Assembly: GCA_030141605.1 (NCBI GenBank)
Contig: JAQGDQ010000236.1
Coordinates: 62,001-126,000 of the forward strand
Length of the DNA: 64,000 nucleotides
DNA from: Tubiluchus corallicola
Taxonomy: Eukaryota; Animalia; Priapulida
Direction of reading: 5' to 3'
The notes under the pieces were generated by a model that saw only the letters and a program-made list of their open reading frames with translations, was not told the DNA's origin and ran no database searches. The first letter of the stretch is position 1. Each line of letters opens with the position of its first letter. Positions 1 to 22,164 of this stretch are shown in pieces. Both the position numbers and the translations under genes were made by a program.

Positions 1-9032
<9,032 letters not shown>

Positions 9033-12000
9033 CTGAAAGAAAACAAAAAACCAATAAACATTAAACAATATTACTTTGACTGCTTGACGTGGTCATAATG
9101 CAGCGAGAAAGTTTGATTAGCCTAGCCAAAAAACGTCTTAGTATAAAAAACTTGCGTAGTTTACTTAATAACTTCTTTATATTTTTTATATTGTGATCGT
9201 GGTAAACTCGATGATCTCAATAATACAGTAATGGGAGTAATTGCATATGCTGAATCAGCTGCATCTAGCCTCTACTGTATATAATCAACAACTATTTCCA
9301 CACGTATTTGCAGTTTGGTTTACTCGCAGCTATATAACAACTATCAATAAGCTAACTTCAATTTATTTTTCAGGCAATTTTAAATAAATTTATTATTTAG
9401 TTAATTACTACAAGCTTTTATGTCAAGACTCTTAATAATGGACATTAGTGGTGCCATCTATGGAATGGAATGGAATAACTCAATTTTGATATTAAACTTG
9501 AAAGAGAGGAAACGTGGAAAAGTTGGAATACAAGGTAGACGCCTTAGGCCCACAAAAAATTTCAGGCTAAAAATTAATTAAAAAACATAAAAAGTTAATC
9601 TAATTTCTTAAACAAACAGTAGTGTATTAAAATAGCTATAATAACTTAAAATAACTCTGGAAATGCTGAATTTGGTACTTTGGCAGGCCATCCAGCTAAA
9701 AGGGATACTCTCTGGACTGCCTTGATCATTGGGGAATACGGTGATCTAGCGGTCTCCATTCAATGAAATTTAACTCCATTTCACAAAATGTGCCAATAAT
9801 TTTATTCTAAAACACGCGGACTAATACGTGTATCTAAGGTGTTGTTCGCAAGCCATAAAAATCTTTTATTATTGATTAGTGAAAAAAAATCAATCACTTT
9901 TTGGCCATTGATTTTTTTCGCCAATCTATCACTACCTGAATAGGTATTGTGCAAAACTGTGTCATGTTTGGACGAACTAAGGGGATAGGACGGGTTGGGC
10001 ACATCAAAAGACGTAACCCTGCTTGCCCTAAACTAGGTAAAATAAATTATATGTGGTTTCAACTAAGTTCACTTACGATCTTCCAAGTCTGATTCCTGTC
10101 CCTTTTCTATCCCTACTGGCTCCACCACCGTGACAAACGAAATCTGTAAGTAAAACATTTTACGAAACAACTATATTTTATATTCACTCTCTTCAAAATA
10201 CATGTAATGGGAACCAGGCAGTGCTCTATTACAGCTCTATCCTACACAGTAATTAAAGATACTTGCAGCTTGGGACACTATGCGGTATCATCTCAACTAA
10301 CAGTCTCACCTACCCTGTTTTTAGTCCATTTTTTATCTACTAGGCGATTTATCACATTATTTGGGCTTACCATTGCTCTAGTTTCCACTTCGCATTAACC
10401 TTTTCTAATCCGGATGTCACTGTCGGCTATAAACTACTACTTTAAAGCAATGAGAAGTGCAGCAAAAAAGTAAAAAATAACAGTAAAAATAAAAAATAAA
10501 AATAGTTCGGTATGTAGTCGTTCTTGTGATATTATCACAATATAAACTACTAGTTTTCACTAGTAACACTACTAGTTTTCTAGGCATCGTAAATATTTGC
10601 TAGCTGAAGTCTCATTTACAGTCCGATTGTGTCGTGGTGTCAAAAGCCTCCTAATGAATGACCGAGGGACGTAACTGTTCACAGTTCTTAAGAAAACTAG
10701 TGTTATTACTAATATTACTAATACCAACTTAATGCAAAACGAGATAAATATTTTTTGAAAACTTTTCTATAAAATTTAATAATTATGTCTATTACTGTCT
10801 ATCATGTCTACTTATATGTCTATTACCATAAGTGGCATTAGAAAGCGTTATTTCTTTGTTATTTTTTCAAATACTTTTTTCAGTATCATTTTTGGAACAG
10901 CTTCATTAAGTTCATTAACACCCATTGCTAATTGTGACAGTACGTTAATAGCCATTAATGCTTTTCATCATTTACGACTGTCATTGCTTAAATAAGGTTT
11001 GCGTTCTGAAGATTAATGTCCAGAGAGTGTACTTTGTACTAACAGTAATAAACATTCGATTTGAAAACCTAGTGTGATCATTAGCAATAATCTTTCACAA
11101 AATTATGACGATCTTTCTTCATTTCACATTTGTCATTGCCGTTTATTGACCAGTCGATACAAAAACATTTCAAACGGATTTGAAGTAATACAAAATTATT
11201 TCCTACTAAACAAAGAAAGCATAGAAGGCACTATTTTAGACGCATTACCTGGTTTGTTTTGGTACTCTATAAAATGCTTAGGCATTCTATAAAATACTCT
11301 GTTTCACACATCAACTGTAACATATACAACGCAAAATTTTGCTATCTATTCAGAAATATAAGAATTTCAAATAAATGACAGATCTATACCCTTTTTGAAA
11401 GATGAACAATTGAGTCTTCTCTAGTCTTAATGACATTTCCTGTATATTCTTGTTGCTATCCGCATTGCTATTATTAAAGGCCTGTCTAGAAAAGCTAGTA
11501 AATTTTCAATTGCATCTAAAAATTGTATCTTAACTTACCAATACGAGAGCTCCAGTCAACAACATTGTGCTGCAGTTTAATCAAGGCAAAAACAAACCAG
11601 CAAGAAACGAACACTTAACAGGAACAACAGTACATATCTACTCAATCAGTGACACTTCTGCTTACCTACTTAAAACAGTAATTAATCTTAGCGCTAATGT
11701 GTTCAATTGTATACAGGTACCGCATGCTTTTTGTTCCGGCATGTAGCGCCTGTAAACATTCCAATCATTTCAACAGGTATTTTTGTCCTCCGTTGACAAT
11801 GTTGAAGTGATGACTTATTGACACCAAGTGTAAAGAAAGAGCGGAAATTTGAGGAAACGTTTGTCACTTTAAAGGAGGAGAATCGATGAATGTCCGAGGT
11901 TCCTAAATTACCGTTTCTTTAGTAACCAAAACCGAAAAAGCTTGAATAAAAAGAGATACGTATCTATATGTAAGCCACTGTACTTACTTGTGTTTAATAA

Positions 12001-12347
12001 CTGCCAAAAAAGAGAAACGATATAAATATGCCAACATATATATTTTACAATATTTACATACACAAACAACATTAACAATAGTGCAACAAACAAACAATAT
12101 TAATCAGCATAATCATCTATGTAAACTAATCCGTATATAAGCCGGCTAATGTTCTGTATTCTCTGCGAAACAGTATCTACACATTACCAATGAGTTAGTT
12201 TGACAGAAGGCTTTTATGACATTCGATATCCATTAGATCTAAAAATAGGTTAGGTACAAGTTTAAGATCACGTATGCCATGTTACCTTTACAAGGTCAAA
12301 CCACCTATGAATGCAACAAGTGTTTGAAATCGCGACTGTTTTACACT

Positions 12348-12437
12348 TGCAACAGTCCGCTACTGCAACTAACCTTTAACCCCTAAGCCTGGTGCAACAG
12401 TCCGCTACTGCAACTAACCTTTAAGCCCTAAGCCTGG
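12348..12437. repeat. 45-bp tandem duplication
   Basis: TGCAACAGTCCGCTACTGCAACTAACCTTTAA(C/G)CCCTAAGCCTGG twice. Confidence 0.9.
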
Positions 12438-14039
12438 CGCAACTTTTAAAGTTCGCAACCCACACAGAATTTTCTTGCCAAAATTTCACTAAATCTAGAA
12501 AAATATCATACTAAAGGAGCAGCCTTTTTGGAAAATGATTACAATCAGTCTCAACACAGGTTCATAAATTCATATTGTTTATAATTATGATCATAGTCAC
12601 TACATTTTTATCGTCGTCACCACCGTCATTTTTATCGTATACGTCATCATCATCATGAACAACAACGACGCTGACGTGAACAACGACAACAACAACAACA
12701 ACTTTAGTTGCAAAATCTGTAAATAGGCCTAACTGAAGTCAGTGTGAGCGCGCAGACATATGAAAATAAAATTTGCGCAACAAAAAGTTGCAATTCGGGT
12801 TCAAACTTAGTTGCGTAACTGTTTTGAAATGCACTATTTTCAATGAAAGCTCGCAGATATGCAGTTTTTAATTTCACAACTTTAACCCAAATGCAATACT
12901 TAAGCGCAAGAAGAAGGCAGCGTATTGTGAAGAGGCATCGTTAAACATACAAAACACAGAAATGAAAAATAAATTAAAGAAGGTAACACATTCTTACAGT
13001 CTTGGCAACCATCTTATAAAAGACTTTGTGCATATTCTTATATGTGTGTATCTTACATGCGATCACTTCTCAATACAATATACACATTTCCTGCTGCCCA
13101 CTGCTAATTTTTTCGTGCGCGTCTCTCCCAGGAATTAAACGAACTGTAAATTGTACAAAATTCGCGCGATTAAATAATTTAACCTCTGTTGGTAAACAGC
13201 ATTTGGATTTCACTGGTGCTTCTTCCGTTCATTCATTTTTATGCAGTTCTTGTTCTTGATGATAATGTTTGCCAGTACATTACAGCTGCTACACGAGTGA
13301 TTCTAGGCAGCGTTTCCACTGCGTCCGCACAGACACGCACATACACGCACAGACACGCACATATACACACAGACACGCACATATGCGCACATACACGCAC
13401 AGACACGCACAGTCACGCACATACGCGTACAGACACGCACATACACGCACATACGCGACAAACACGCACATACGCGCACATACGCGTACATACACGCACA
13501 TACACGCACAGACACGCACAGACACACACAGACACACACACAGGCACGTACATACACCGACTTTTCGGTCCGCACGTTTTACGTCTGCGAAAGTTGTTTC
13601 CACTGCTCCCGTACTCACTCTATACAATACGTCACGAATGCGGCAAAAACTTTAGCAAGAAATTATAGACATGAGACTTTTTAGAAGAAAGAATATTTTA
13701 TTTTGCTGTGCTGGTTAAGCAAATTGGCAAGAAGGTGATATAGGAGGCGACATCATCGTTTTTAGGTTCACCCAATTTTTGAAAACCATGAACACCGAGG
13801 CGAATTGCAATAAGTTGTGATGGATGAAGAAAAGTGCTTAAGTTATTTGAGAATGAAGCCTGCACCATTCCGAATTTTACTTGATTAAATGTTCCGTGTT
13901 GTATTTCAAATGAACAGCGTCTTGTTGTTACGTTAAAATAAACAAAGCCAACAACTAATTAGCTCTACCACAGCATGAAATTATTACAATACATGTATTT
14001 AAAATTTTGATAATAATTATTATTATTATACGTAATTAT

Positions 14040-14600
14040 ATTATAATATTAAACGCTTTATTTTACAAAGCATGAACACAAATACAATTAACAAATCACA
14101 CACTTAAATAAACAACGCATACAGGAACACGTCCCTACAAATACAAGGCTCTTTTTAAGCGTATTTGATTAAAAAACACCATAATTTATAACAAACACAC
14201 CTACATTCATATCACATTGCTGATTGAATACATTAATTCTTAACAAAATTAATTCGCACCTCTTAATTTATAATCACTTATTGTAGAAATTTTATGCACA
14301 ATCAACAATTTCTTAACTTCCACATCTCCACTTTTGTTTAAAAATATAAATTTATCAATATCACACATGGATGAGAATTCTGGAAAGATATCTGATATTT
14401 GTTTGCAATCCTTTCTAGACAATAAACATTGCATTGCATAATAAAGTGAAATTCATCTTCCGTGCTCCCATTCTTACATAAAATACATTTTCTCATATGA
14501 ACAGCTGTTTTAGGTCTGGTATATCGACCAGCTTCAATTTGTAATCTGTGCGCGCTAACACGGAATTTTGTGTAGGTTTCCTTATGTGCTCTAGGAACAC
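14040..14600 (-). mobile_element. 5'-truncated non-LTR retrotransposon (ORF2 C-terminus and 3' UTR)
   Basis: Minus strand reads TYTKFRVSAHRLQIEAGRYTRPKTAVHMRKCILCKNGSTEDEFHFIMQC, the Cys/His-rich C-terminal motif of LINE ORF2; AATAAA and TAA-rich tail near 14060-14015. Confidence 0.85.
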
Positions 14601-14601
14601 C

Positions 14602-14967
14602 ATTACTATTACTGTTACTGTTACTGTTACTGTTACTGTTACTGTTACTGTTACTGTTACTGTTACTGTTACTGTTACTGTTACTGTTACTGTTACTGTT
14701 ACTGTTACTGTTACTGTTACTGTTACTGTTACTGTTACTGTTACTGTTACTGTTACTGTTACTGTTACTGTTACTGTTACTGTTACTGTTACTGTTACTG
14801 TTACTGTTACTGTTACTGTTACTGTTACTGTTACTGTTACTGTTACTGTTACTGTTACTGTTACTGTTACTATTACTATTACTATTACTATTACTATTAC
14901 TATTACTATTACTATTACTATTACTATTACTATTACTATTACTATTACTATTACTATTACTATTACT
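14602..14967. repeat. Compound hexanucleotide microsatellite (TTACTG)n-(TTACTA)n
   Basis: Direct inspection; explains the poly-VT/IT ORFs on both strands. Confidence 0.97.
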
Positions 14968-16129
14968 AAATACACTAATACTATAATATTACTATAATGT
15001 AATATTACTATATCACATGTAATTAATATCTAATTGTAATTATTAATAAGACTTGCAATAAAAATCTGGATAGCGTACAGTGGATTCAATATTGAGTACT
15101 AGGCAAGCTTTCATGAATTACTTTATTTCTCCTGTTGGTTCAGTGCCCTGGCAGCATCAAATAACTTTATTAAACAACTAACAATGTTTTGAAGCTTATA
15201 TTTTTATCCATTGTAACAGCACATCTATGTAAGGACATTTGCAGGACAAAGTCGATACATTTTTGCAATAAGGCGTGTGTAAACATGTATTATAAATTTA
15301 AAGAAATTCGTGGATCACAGAATCGCCAAATCAGACCTAAATTTACAGAAACGTAAATTTTATAACAAAAACTAGATATATTCTATCTTCACTATATTGA
15401 CTTCAAAGGTTACTTCGACCCACCGCAGCCGTGCAAAATCTCTGTGACTTCATTTGATATTAATTTTGTCGTACAAATCAGGTCTAATCTATACAGCACG
15501 TGTGATTTGTTCGTTCTCCATTACGAAAATGAACTTGTCCGTCCGCAGAAAAATGGTTAAACAATTAGTGCGGGTCCGTGTGAGTACGTGGCTTTCTGTG
15601 CGGATGCAGTTTGTGCGGATCCGTGTGAGTAAGTGGCTTTCCGTGCGGATGCAGTGGAAACGGCAAAGACGTAAAACAATGATTTGCAAAGGCGCGCTGC
15701 TGCTTCAATTTTTTTCCGTGTGAGTCATACAGAATAAATCCGTGTCTGTGTCTGTATGTATCGTTGTATTGGATATCATGTATAATATTTTGAAATTATT
15801 TTGAAGGTACGAAAATCAATATACAGATTACGCGATTACTATCCGTGCCAATACTCTATAATCTGCTATCTACCGACGTGTGCGTATTGTCTGCGCCAGA
15901 TGGCGCCACGCTCCCAGTGCAAGATTTCTCATGACTTTGCTATGCATGTTTTATGTATTTAATCTTATGTATTTCATTCTATATAGTAAGCAAACATTTA
16001 ATCTTATGTATTTAATTCTTATAGTATGCACCACGTGTATAGCCAAATATGTATCTATGTAATATATATGCATTAGTAAAGTGCTTTGATTCAGGTAGAA
16101 CCAGCCCTACCGTAGAAAGCTCTCTTTAT

Positions 16130-16530
16130 TATGAAGAAAGGAGTAAATGAAAGCTGTTTAGAATGGTGATGTAAGATTAAAGCATCAATTCAATTATTAA
16201 ATTAAGAAAGACTAAATACTTGATGATGCAAGACTAAATTATCGTCTTGGCTAGAAGCCCAGTTAGGTGTGGCATATGACGTGATGATCAGCTGAGGTTC
16301 GACCGGCTGAGTCAGAAATAAAGATTGATGATGTAATACTTATGCGCAGAAGCTCATGGCGCATTAGGTAGTTAGACAAAAGTGTTTTGAGGCCCGCACC
16401 TCGAGCAGATTAGGAACTGTCTTGAAGACGGAGGGCTGGCATTACTATCCTCTTACGTATTCTGTATTGTGTTTGATCTTTAATAAACGTGTAGTTTGCT
16501 AAATTAAGTCTTGATAGTTTGCCATGCCCA
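16130..16530 (+). repeat. Dispersed repeat, solo-LTR-like (copy 2)
   Basis: Diverged relative of 3630-3968; 3' terminus appears truncated. Confidence 0.5.
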
Positions 16531-17478
16531 TCGTGGCTGTTCCACACGCAATCTTCACGAGCCACAGCCACCAACACAATAAACAACAACAAGCAGCTAT
16601 AGCCACTATCATAAACAGACTTTAATTCATCAGAAGCTATTATTTTACTATTAGTAATGCACAAATACATGCATCCTCTTCAAGCTCCATCGCATGTCTA
16701 TGCGCACGATTTTGGTACACATGTAAAATTGCATGACTGCGCGCCGCCTTACCGTATTACTGCCGCCGTTACCGTTTCTTGAATGTGGACTTATTCACTA
16801 ATTTCTTTTGTAGTATATCAACATGCGTCAGTAGTTACACCGTCTGACTTTTTGAATATTCAAAAATTTATGTTATAAGTGAAGATTTTTCTGGCACCCT
16901 TTACCCACAATTTATCTAATAGTCTTTTTACTGGCCATTAACTAAGCTTTCGTTGTCTTGATACAAGAATAGCATTCATGGGACATTTTTGTCAGGAAGT
17001 TCTAAACCCATTAGCTTTTTATGGATGTATTTTTGAAAAGCATGACTGCATGAGTTATTTGTTTTACGTCAGCACCCTATGTTACACTAAGCCATTGTGA
17101 CATTTAATAATTGTGCCAGCGTTAATTTCGACTCGAAACGTTTACGTAAAATTCTGTTTTGTGTTTGCTTTCATGGTAATCAATAGATAACAAATTTTCT
17201 GGTACAACGCTACTACCTTTTGGCAAATTGATGCTTTGTATTTCATTAATCCATTTTGTTGCTGGGTAGCTTCACAAATCTTTGAATATCTCGCTGCCAT
17301 AGTCACTAATATCTTCCTTTGTGGGTATTTCATCAATCTAATTTATGTCTAAACTGGTAGTTTGACAGCATCACCTTCTAATTTTTCACGTTGAACTATT
17401 CTAATTATTAATAAAATACAACTGCAGTTTTTATGTTAAATTTTGTCAACTTTTCACGATTGAAATCAAAGTTTGGTC

Positions 17479-19581
17479 ATGGAAATTTGGTTGCTACTGT
17501 TCGCACTCTTTTGCGTAGAATCTTACAAGTTTGAAAAGAAAGAAGATGACAAAGTGATAAGAGATTGCCCTCTTGGAGCTTTCAATGTGAAATCAGCAGT
17601 ACATTGTGCTCACGTTTGTGCTACTGTGTTGAGCTGTGTTGGCTTCAACGTTGGTGACGGAACTAATATTTGTGAACTAAGCGCTTGTGGATTAGATGAT
17701 AAAGCCCCAACTTCATTAAACAATTTCGATTTCTATGAAAGAGGTATTTTTTGCTTTGGCCTATATAATAATCCATACTGTGTAATTGCAAACGAAATTT
17801 CGGAACAGGTTCTTAAACAATGTTGGACAACAAGCACCTGCATGCGGCGCCAGCTTAGTTTAAACATGGGTTATTCTGACAGAAAATTATTATTAATTAA
17901 ACGAGGATTTTTCGTGTTTTAGTATGATTTTTGACCCATATGTCACACATACGGTGCTTAGTTACCAAAACACTTGAATATGAGGCTGACACTTAATTTG
18001 ATAAGTAGGTCAAATGACACGTGAAATGACCATGATTTTGTCCTGCCTGTAGTTAATAATAAAACGTTATAATGGTTATAGCGAATCAGACACATGTCCA
18101 GAGATCATGCAGGCGCATGCCACGTCACATAAACATGCCTCAATTACCACTGGCTATATAATTTGCCGCAAAACACAGGAATTTTTTGGCGCAGTTTGTA
18201 GAAAATTTTCGATTGTCGCAAAAAAGTCACCACCCTGTGAAACTTTGGCTAAACCCCACACGCACGTAGGCTTACATTTTGCTGGCATGTAAAACTTACA
18301 AACTTACATTTGTCAGCATTTAAATAGCTTGCATGCTACGCTGCTGTCAGTTTTTTTAAATTACGACACCATTTACTCTTGATATTATCCGAAAAAATCG
18401 CAAAAATTTAGAATACGGAAAACTCTGTTGTGAAGCTACAATATAAAAATTAGATAAAATATTGCATAAACGAGACCAGCATCCCGGCGAAATAGACTTC
18501 TTTATAAAGTTAGTACTTAAGAGAAGAATAAAAAATGCACTTAGAACGTTATTAAGAATCTAAATTATACGTTATACTGTAAGGACCTGTGTAAAACCTA
18601 CATGACTGCTCATCTTTAACGTTTTGTCAGGTAAGCGAATCCACGGAAAAAAGTGACAGGAAAAAGAAATAACCCAAATCCCAAGACATTGAGCAAAATG
18701 TGATTTTTTGCTTATCATAATGTTGATGATATATCATGATGTTATCATAATAAAATATAGTTTTGTCAATGTACAGTTAATAAACTGATCCAAAATATTT
18801 TTTGTTTTATCATTTTAACACTTTATGGTACTTACACTGTGATTGATTGGAATATTTTTGTTTGGATACCTGACTTTCTTTCCATGCCAAAATTATGACT
18901 TTTTCCTATGACTTTATTAAAAGGTCACCAGGTAAAAGTGTTCAGTTGTTTTTAAATCTATGTTCTGACTTGAAGTATCAGCTGTGCGGTTATGCAATAT
19001 TGGCACTAACACTGTATAACAGCTACACGTATGTACTTCCAAATTAGTTCGTGTAGGTCAGACACCGCAGAATGTTGCAAGACGAATGTTTACAACAAAC
19101 AAGCAAACAAAAAACAATGGACATACAGCACAGTGTTTTTATAATTGTTAAAATAATCATTGTTGTAGGCAACAGTGGTACATGTTCAGATGGTTTCGAA
19201 GAATTCAGAGGAGCTTGTTACTTCTTCAGCCCTGATCCATGCACAGGATGGAACAACGCACGCCAGACTTGTATTAGCAAAGGTGCCGACCTTGTCAGCA
19301 TAGAATCAGTGGCAGAATTCTCTTTTTTAAGCAGCAAGATAAAAGATAATGGATTTTACTACACTAGCGGAACAGATCTCGCAACAGAAGGTACTTTTGT
19401 ATGGGAAGCTACTGGACAACCGATTTACCAATACGGCGACATCTTCATGTGGGGTTCGGGGCAGCCTGACAATTCTGACGGAACGGAACACTACCTTGAA
19501 ATGACAGTGGAGGGTGTGCTCAACGATGCACCCGAAAGCCACGCTCATCCACGCCATTTTGTTTGCGAACGGCAGCCGTAA
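17479..19581 (+). CDS. Secreted PAN/apple domain + C-type lectin domain protein, 225 aa, 2 coding exons
   Basis: Exon 17479-17743 (signal peptide MEIWLLLFALFCVES; PAN pattern C.HVC....CVGFN....CEL; phase-1 GT) joins exon 19169-19581 (CSDGFEEFRGACY..WNNARQTC..GADLVSIES..WGSGQPDN..LND..FVCE, TAA). ATTAAA at 19674. Confidence 0.88.
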
Positions 19582-19741
19582 AATTTAATGCACAAACGTA
19601 ATAGATCAATTTTCAAACTAAAGGTAGAAGGTATTTCGTAATCTTGAATGTTTTAAATCATGAAATGTTTGCTATTAAAGAATCCGAAAGATTTGCAGAA
19701 GAAACCATAACGAATTTGTGTATGGAAGCTTGGAAAACGCT

Positions 19742-20127
19742 TATGGCCGGATTATCCTACAGGCTAGTGTAAGCTGCACCCTAGGCAAAAAGGGCCCCTC
19801 AAACGTGGGAGCTCCCAAGTTTGAGGGTCCCCGCTAAAAGATTTTCAAATATCAATTTGTTAGAAAATGGGTATAATATTTTTATATTTTGCTTCGCTGA
19901 AAAATTCATTTAACTTAAAATAAAATTTAACCTTTAGGAGGACCGGGAGTCTTAAAATCCCATTTTATTCTAGTCTAGTTTATTTAAAGAGTTTGCAGTA
20001 AGTTTACTTCAAGCTATGTTAATGTCGGTAAAATATAACGTGAGTAAAGATATTCAACACGGGTAGAGGCGAGTTAGACGGTGGCTCCATTAGCCGATGG
20101 TCCCCAAAAGGTCATAATCCGGCCCCG
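19742..20127 (+). mobile_element. hAT-like MITE (eroded)
   Basis: Inverted ends GGCCGGATTAT / ATAATCCGGCC; homologous to 8605-8783. No TSD recognised. Confidence 0.6.
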
Positions 20128-22164
20128 ATGATGCAGTTCTCGTGGTTTCTTAAATGGAATTGGAGAAGAAACTGAAATTTACACAAACTTTTTCAATTTG
20201 ATAGGTAGCTACTGCTGCAGCAGTCTCTTGACCGACCAAGGTGGGGTAAAAATTACCCCAGCTGTGTTTGCTCAATTTTTTATACTGATGCATGCAACGA
20301 AAAATTATCAAACTACACGTAATAGTGATCAAACATTTTTCAATTTGTTATGCAACCATACCTTGGCTTTGTTGCAAACTATTACTCTGACTTTTTTCAA
20401 AGCACAAGTGCCAGATACCACCCGACGTGGGGCAACGCATTACCCAGCTTCGTCTTTTATGTAAGCAAAAACAATATAGCATAAACACCATAATACAGCG
20501 GTGGAACGCCTCTTTCTACCTCATATAGCTACAATGATTTGACTCAGAACTTAGTATTGCATTACCAGATGCACATCGATTGCTAGTTGGTCATCTGTCA
20601 GTTAGTGATACACATTAAACAAAATGTTCATCGGATAATTTGCTACCTCGCTTGGTCTTTATTGTAATATAAAAACCCCTTGGTCAGCTGTAAGACATCT
20701 ATACAGTGTTGACACTACCCTAAAATCGTCTCACGATGGCTCATAGAAGTGAAGCACTTTAGAAATTTATTAATGCGAAAATGAAGCAAAAAAACTTCAC
20801 AATGATGGTGATAATGAAGAATTGATTAAAAAAGTAAAAGCAAATTACTACAAGATTTTGTTGCACTTAAATCTGTATTCTTCTGTTCAAGACTGTAACA
20901 AACTACTACAAAAAATGGTATGTAGTACAGGAATATACTGATAATATTAAGAGTGCATTTGAATACTGAGAATAACAAAGGTACCGCGTAGGTGGTAATA
21001 CTTCATAAATAAAAACGAACAAAAAGCTACAAAACAAATTATTATCATTTGCATATTATGTAAATTATTATGTAAACTAATTACATGTCCATGTTAGAAA
21101 AAATCTGCAAAAATCAGCAGTACTCAGTTAAACAAGCCTATATTGACACAACTTTTACCAGTTTTATCTGCTTGCTTAGACAATACGCAATAATTTAACA
21201 AGAAAATTATCTGGAATGCACTTAATGTATGCACCGGGAAAACTAAACTACAACTATTTAAAAAAAAAATCTAGTTTACTGTTTCAAGCATCAATTTAAA
21301 TTTAAATTAGGCTAATGTAATCATAATAAAGCAATAACAAAAACATACAAGAATGTAAATACAGCGCATCATAATTTTATTCTAACCGTTTTGAATGCTT
21401 TATTATGTTACTTATAAAGTAATTTATTATTTATTTTAATTCAATCCAGTCTACCAAAAGCGTGTTTTCCCTGGATTCCTCCTGTATTATTTTCATACTG
21501 ACTGGATTGATTTGATCCGATTAAAAATGCCCTGATTCACTATTCTACATGTAAATTGAAGATGGCGCCTCACAAGTTGAAACTTTCTAATAATTATCAA
21601 CTGTATTACCACATTCTTGTATCGTATGTGATACATATTAGTACCTATTATTAGTAGTTCATGCCATGTAAATAGTACTATGGTAACTGTTACACAATAT
21701 TGTTACACAATTACACACCTGCAATATTATAAAATGTAAAGCAAAGTTAAAGTACTGTACAATATTTCAAGTCATTTACACATTGCTATTGAACAGTAAT
21801 TAAGAACATGCAAATGGTGGTTGTTTAGTTTAAAATTACCAGTAAAAAATGATGAATATATTTGTGCTGGTATGTTTTATATTACTCGTACTTTTAGAAA
21901 CTGAGACGGCAATGGTTTTCTTGAAGGATATACATCAGTCGAACCTCCACAAGCAGGAAAGTTAACTAAATAATGAGCTGTGAATTATAGCAGGCACTAT
22001 TTCCTTTTTGAAATAAATGAGAAAAACATGGACAAATTCTTGGTAGTAAGTGAACACTAAGTAGCTTCAGTGTGTTATGTAGCCAGTGAAATGCTTTAAT
22101 TACACAGTTTTCCAACTTTAAACTGCATTCTTACACTGAACACCTAAACCTTGTGTGTTAGTAC

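Larger units (their letters stand above)
13306..15760 (+). mobile_element. Decayed PIF/Harbinger DNA transposon with nested LINE fragment and microsatellite
   Basis: Left end GGCAGCGTTTCCACTG followed by 10-bp ACACGCACA(T/G) repeats; inverted counterpart GTGCGGATGCAGTGGAAAC..AGACGTAAAAC at 15643-15677. 13742-13890 translates RRRHHRF*VHPIFENHEHRGELQ*VVMDEEKCLSYLRMKPAPFRILLD, matching the Harbinger transposase N-terminus (RxWVHPI..YFRM..F..LL). Right end eroded. Confidence 0.7.

Noticed and set aside
9163-9270. Open minus-strand stretch as an upstream exon of the pentraxin gene
   Set aside because: Its donor gives phase 2 whereas the next exon (9032) needs phase 1.
13189-13668. Overlapping His/Thr- and Cys/Val-rich ORFs
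   Set aside because: Products of the 10-bp subterminal repeats of the Harbinger element.
14493-14997. VT/IT dipeptide ORFs that resemble ice-binding or amyloid repeats
   Set aside because: Perfect hexamer microsatellite with no synonymous variation; open frames are expected by chance.
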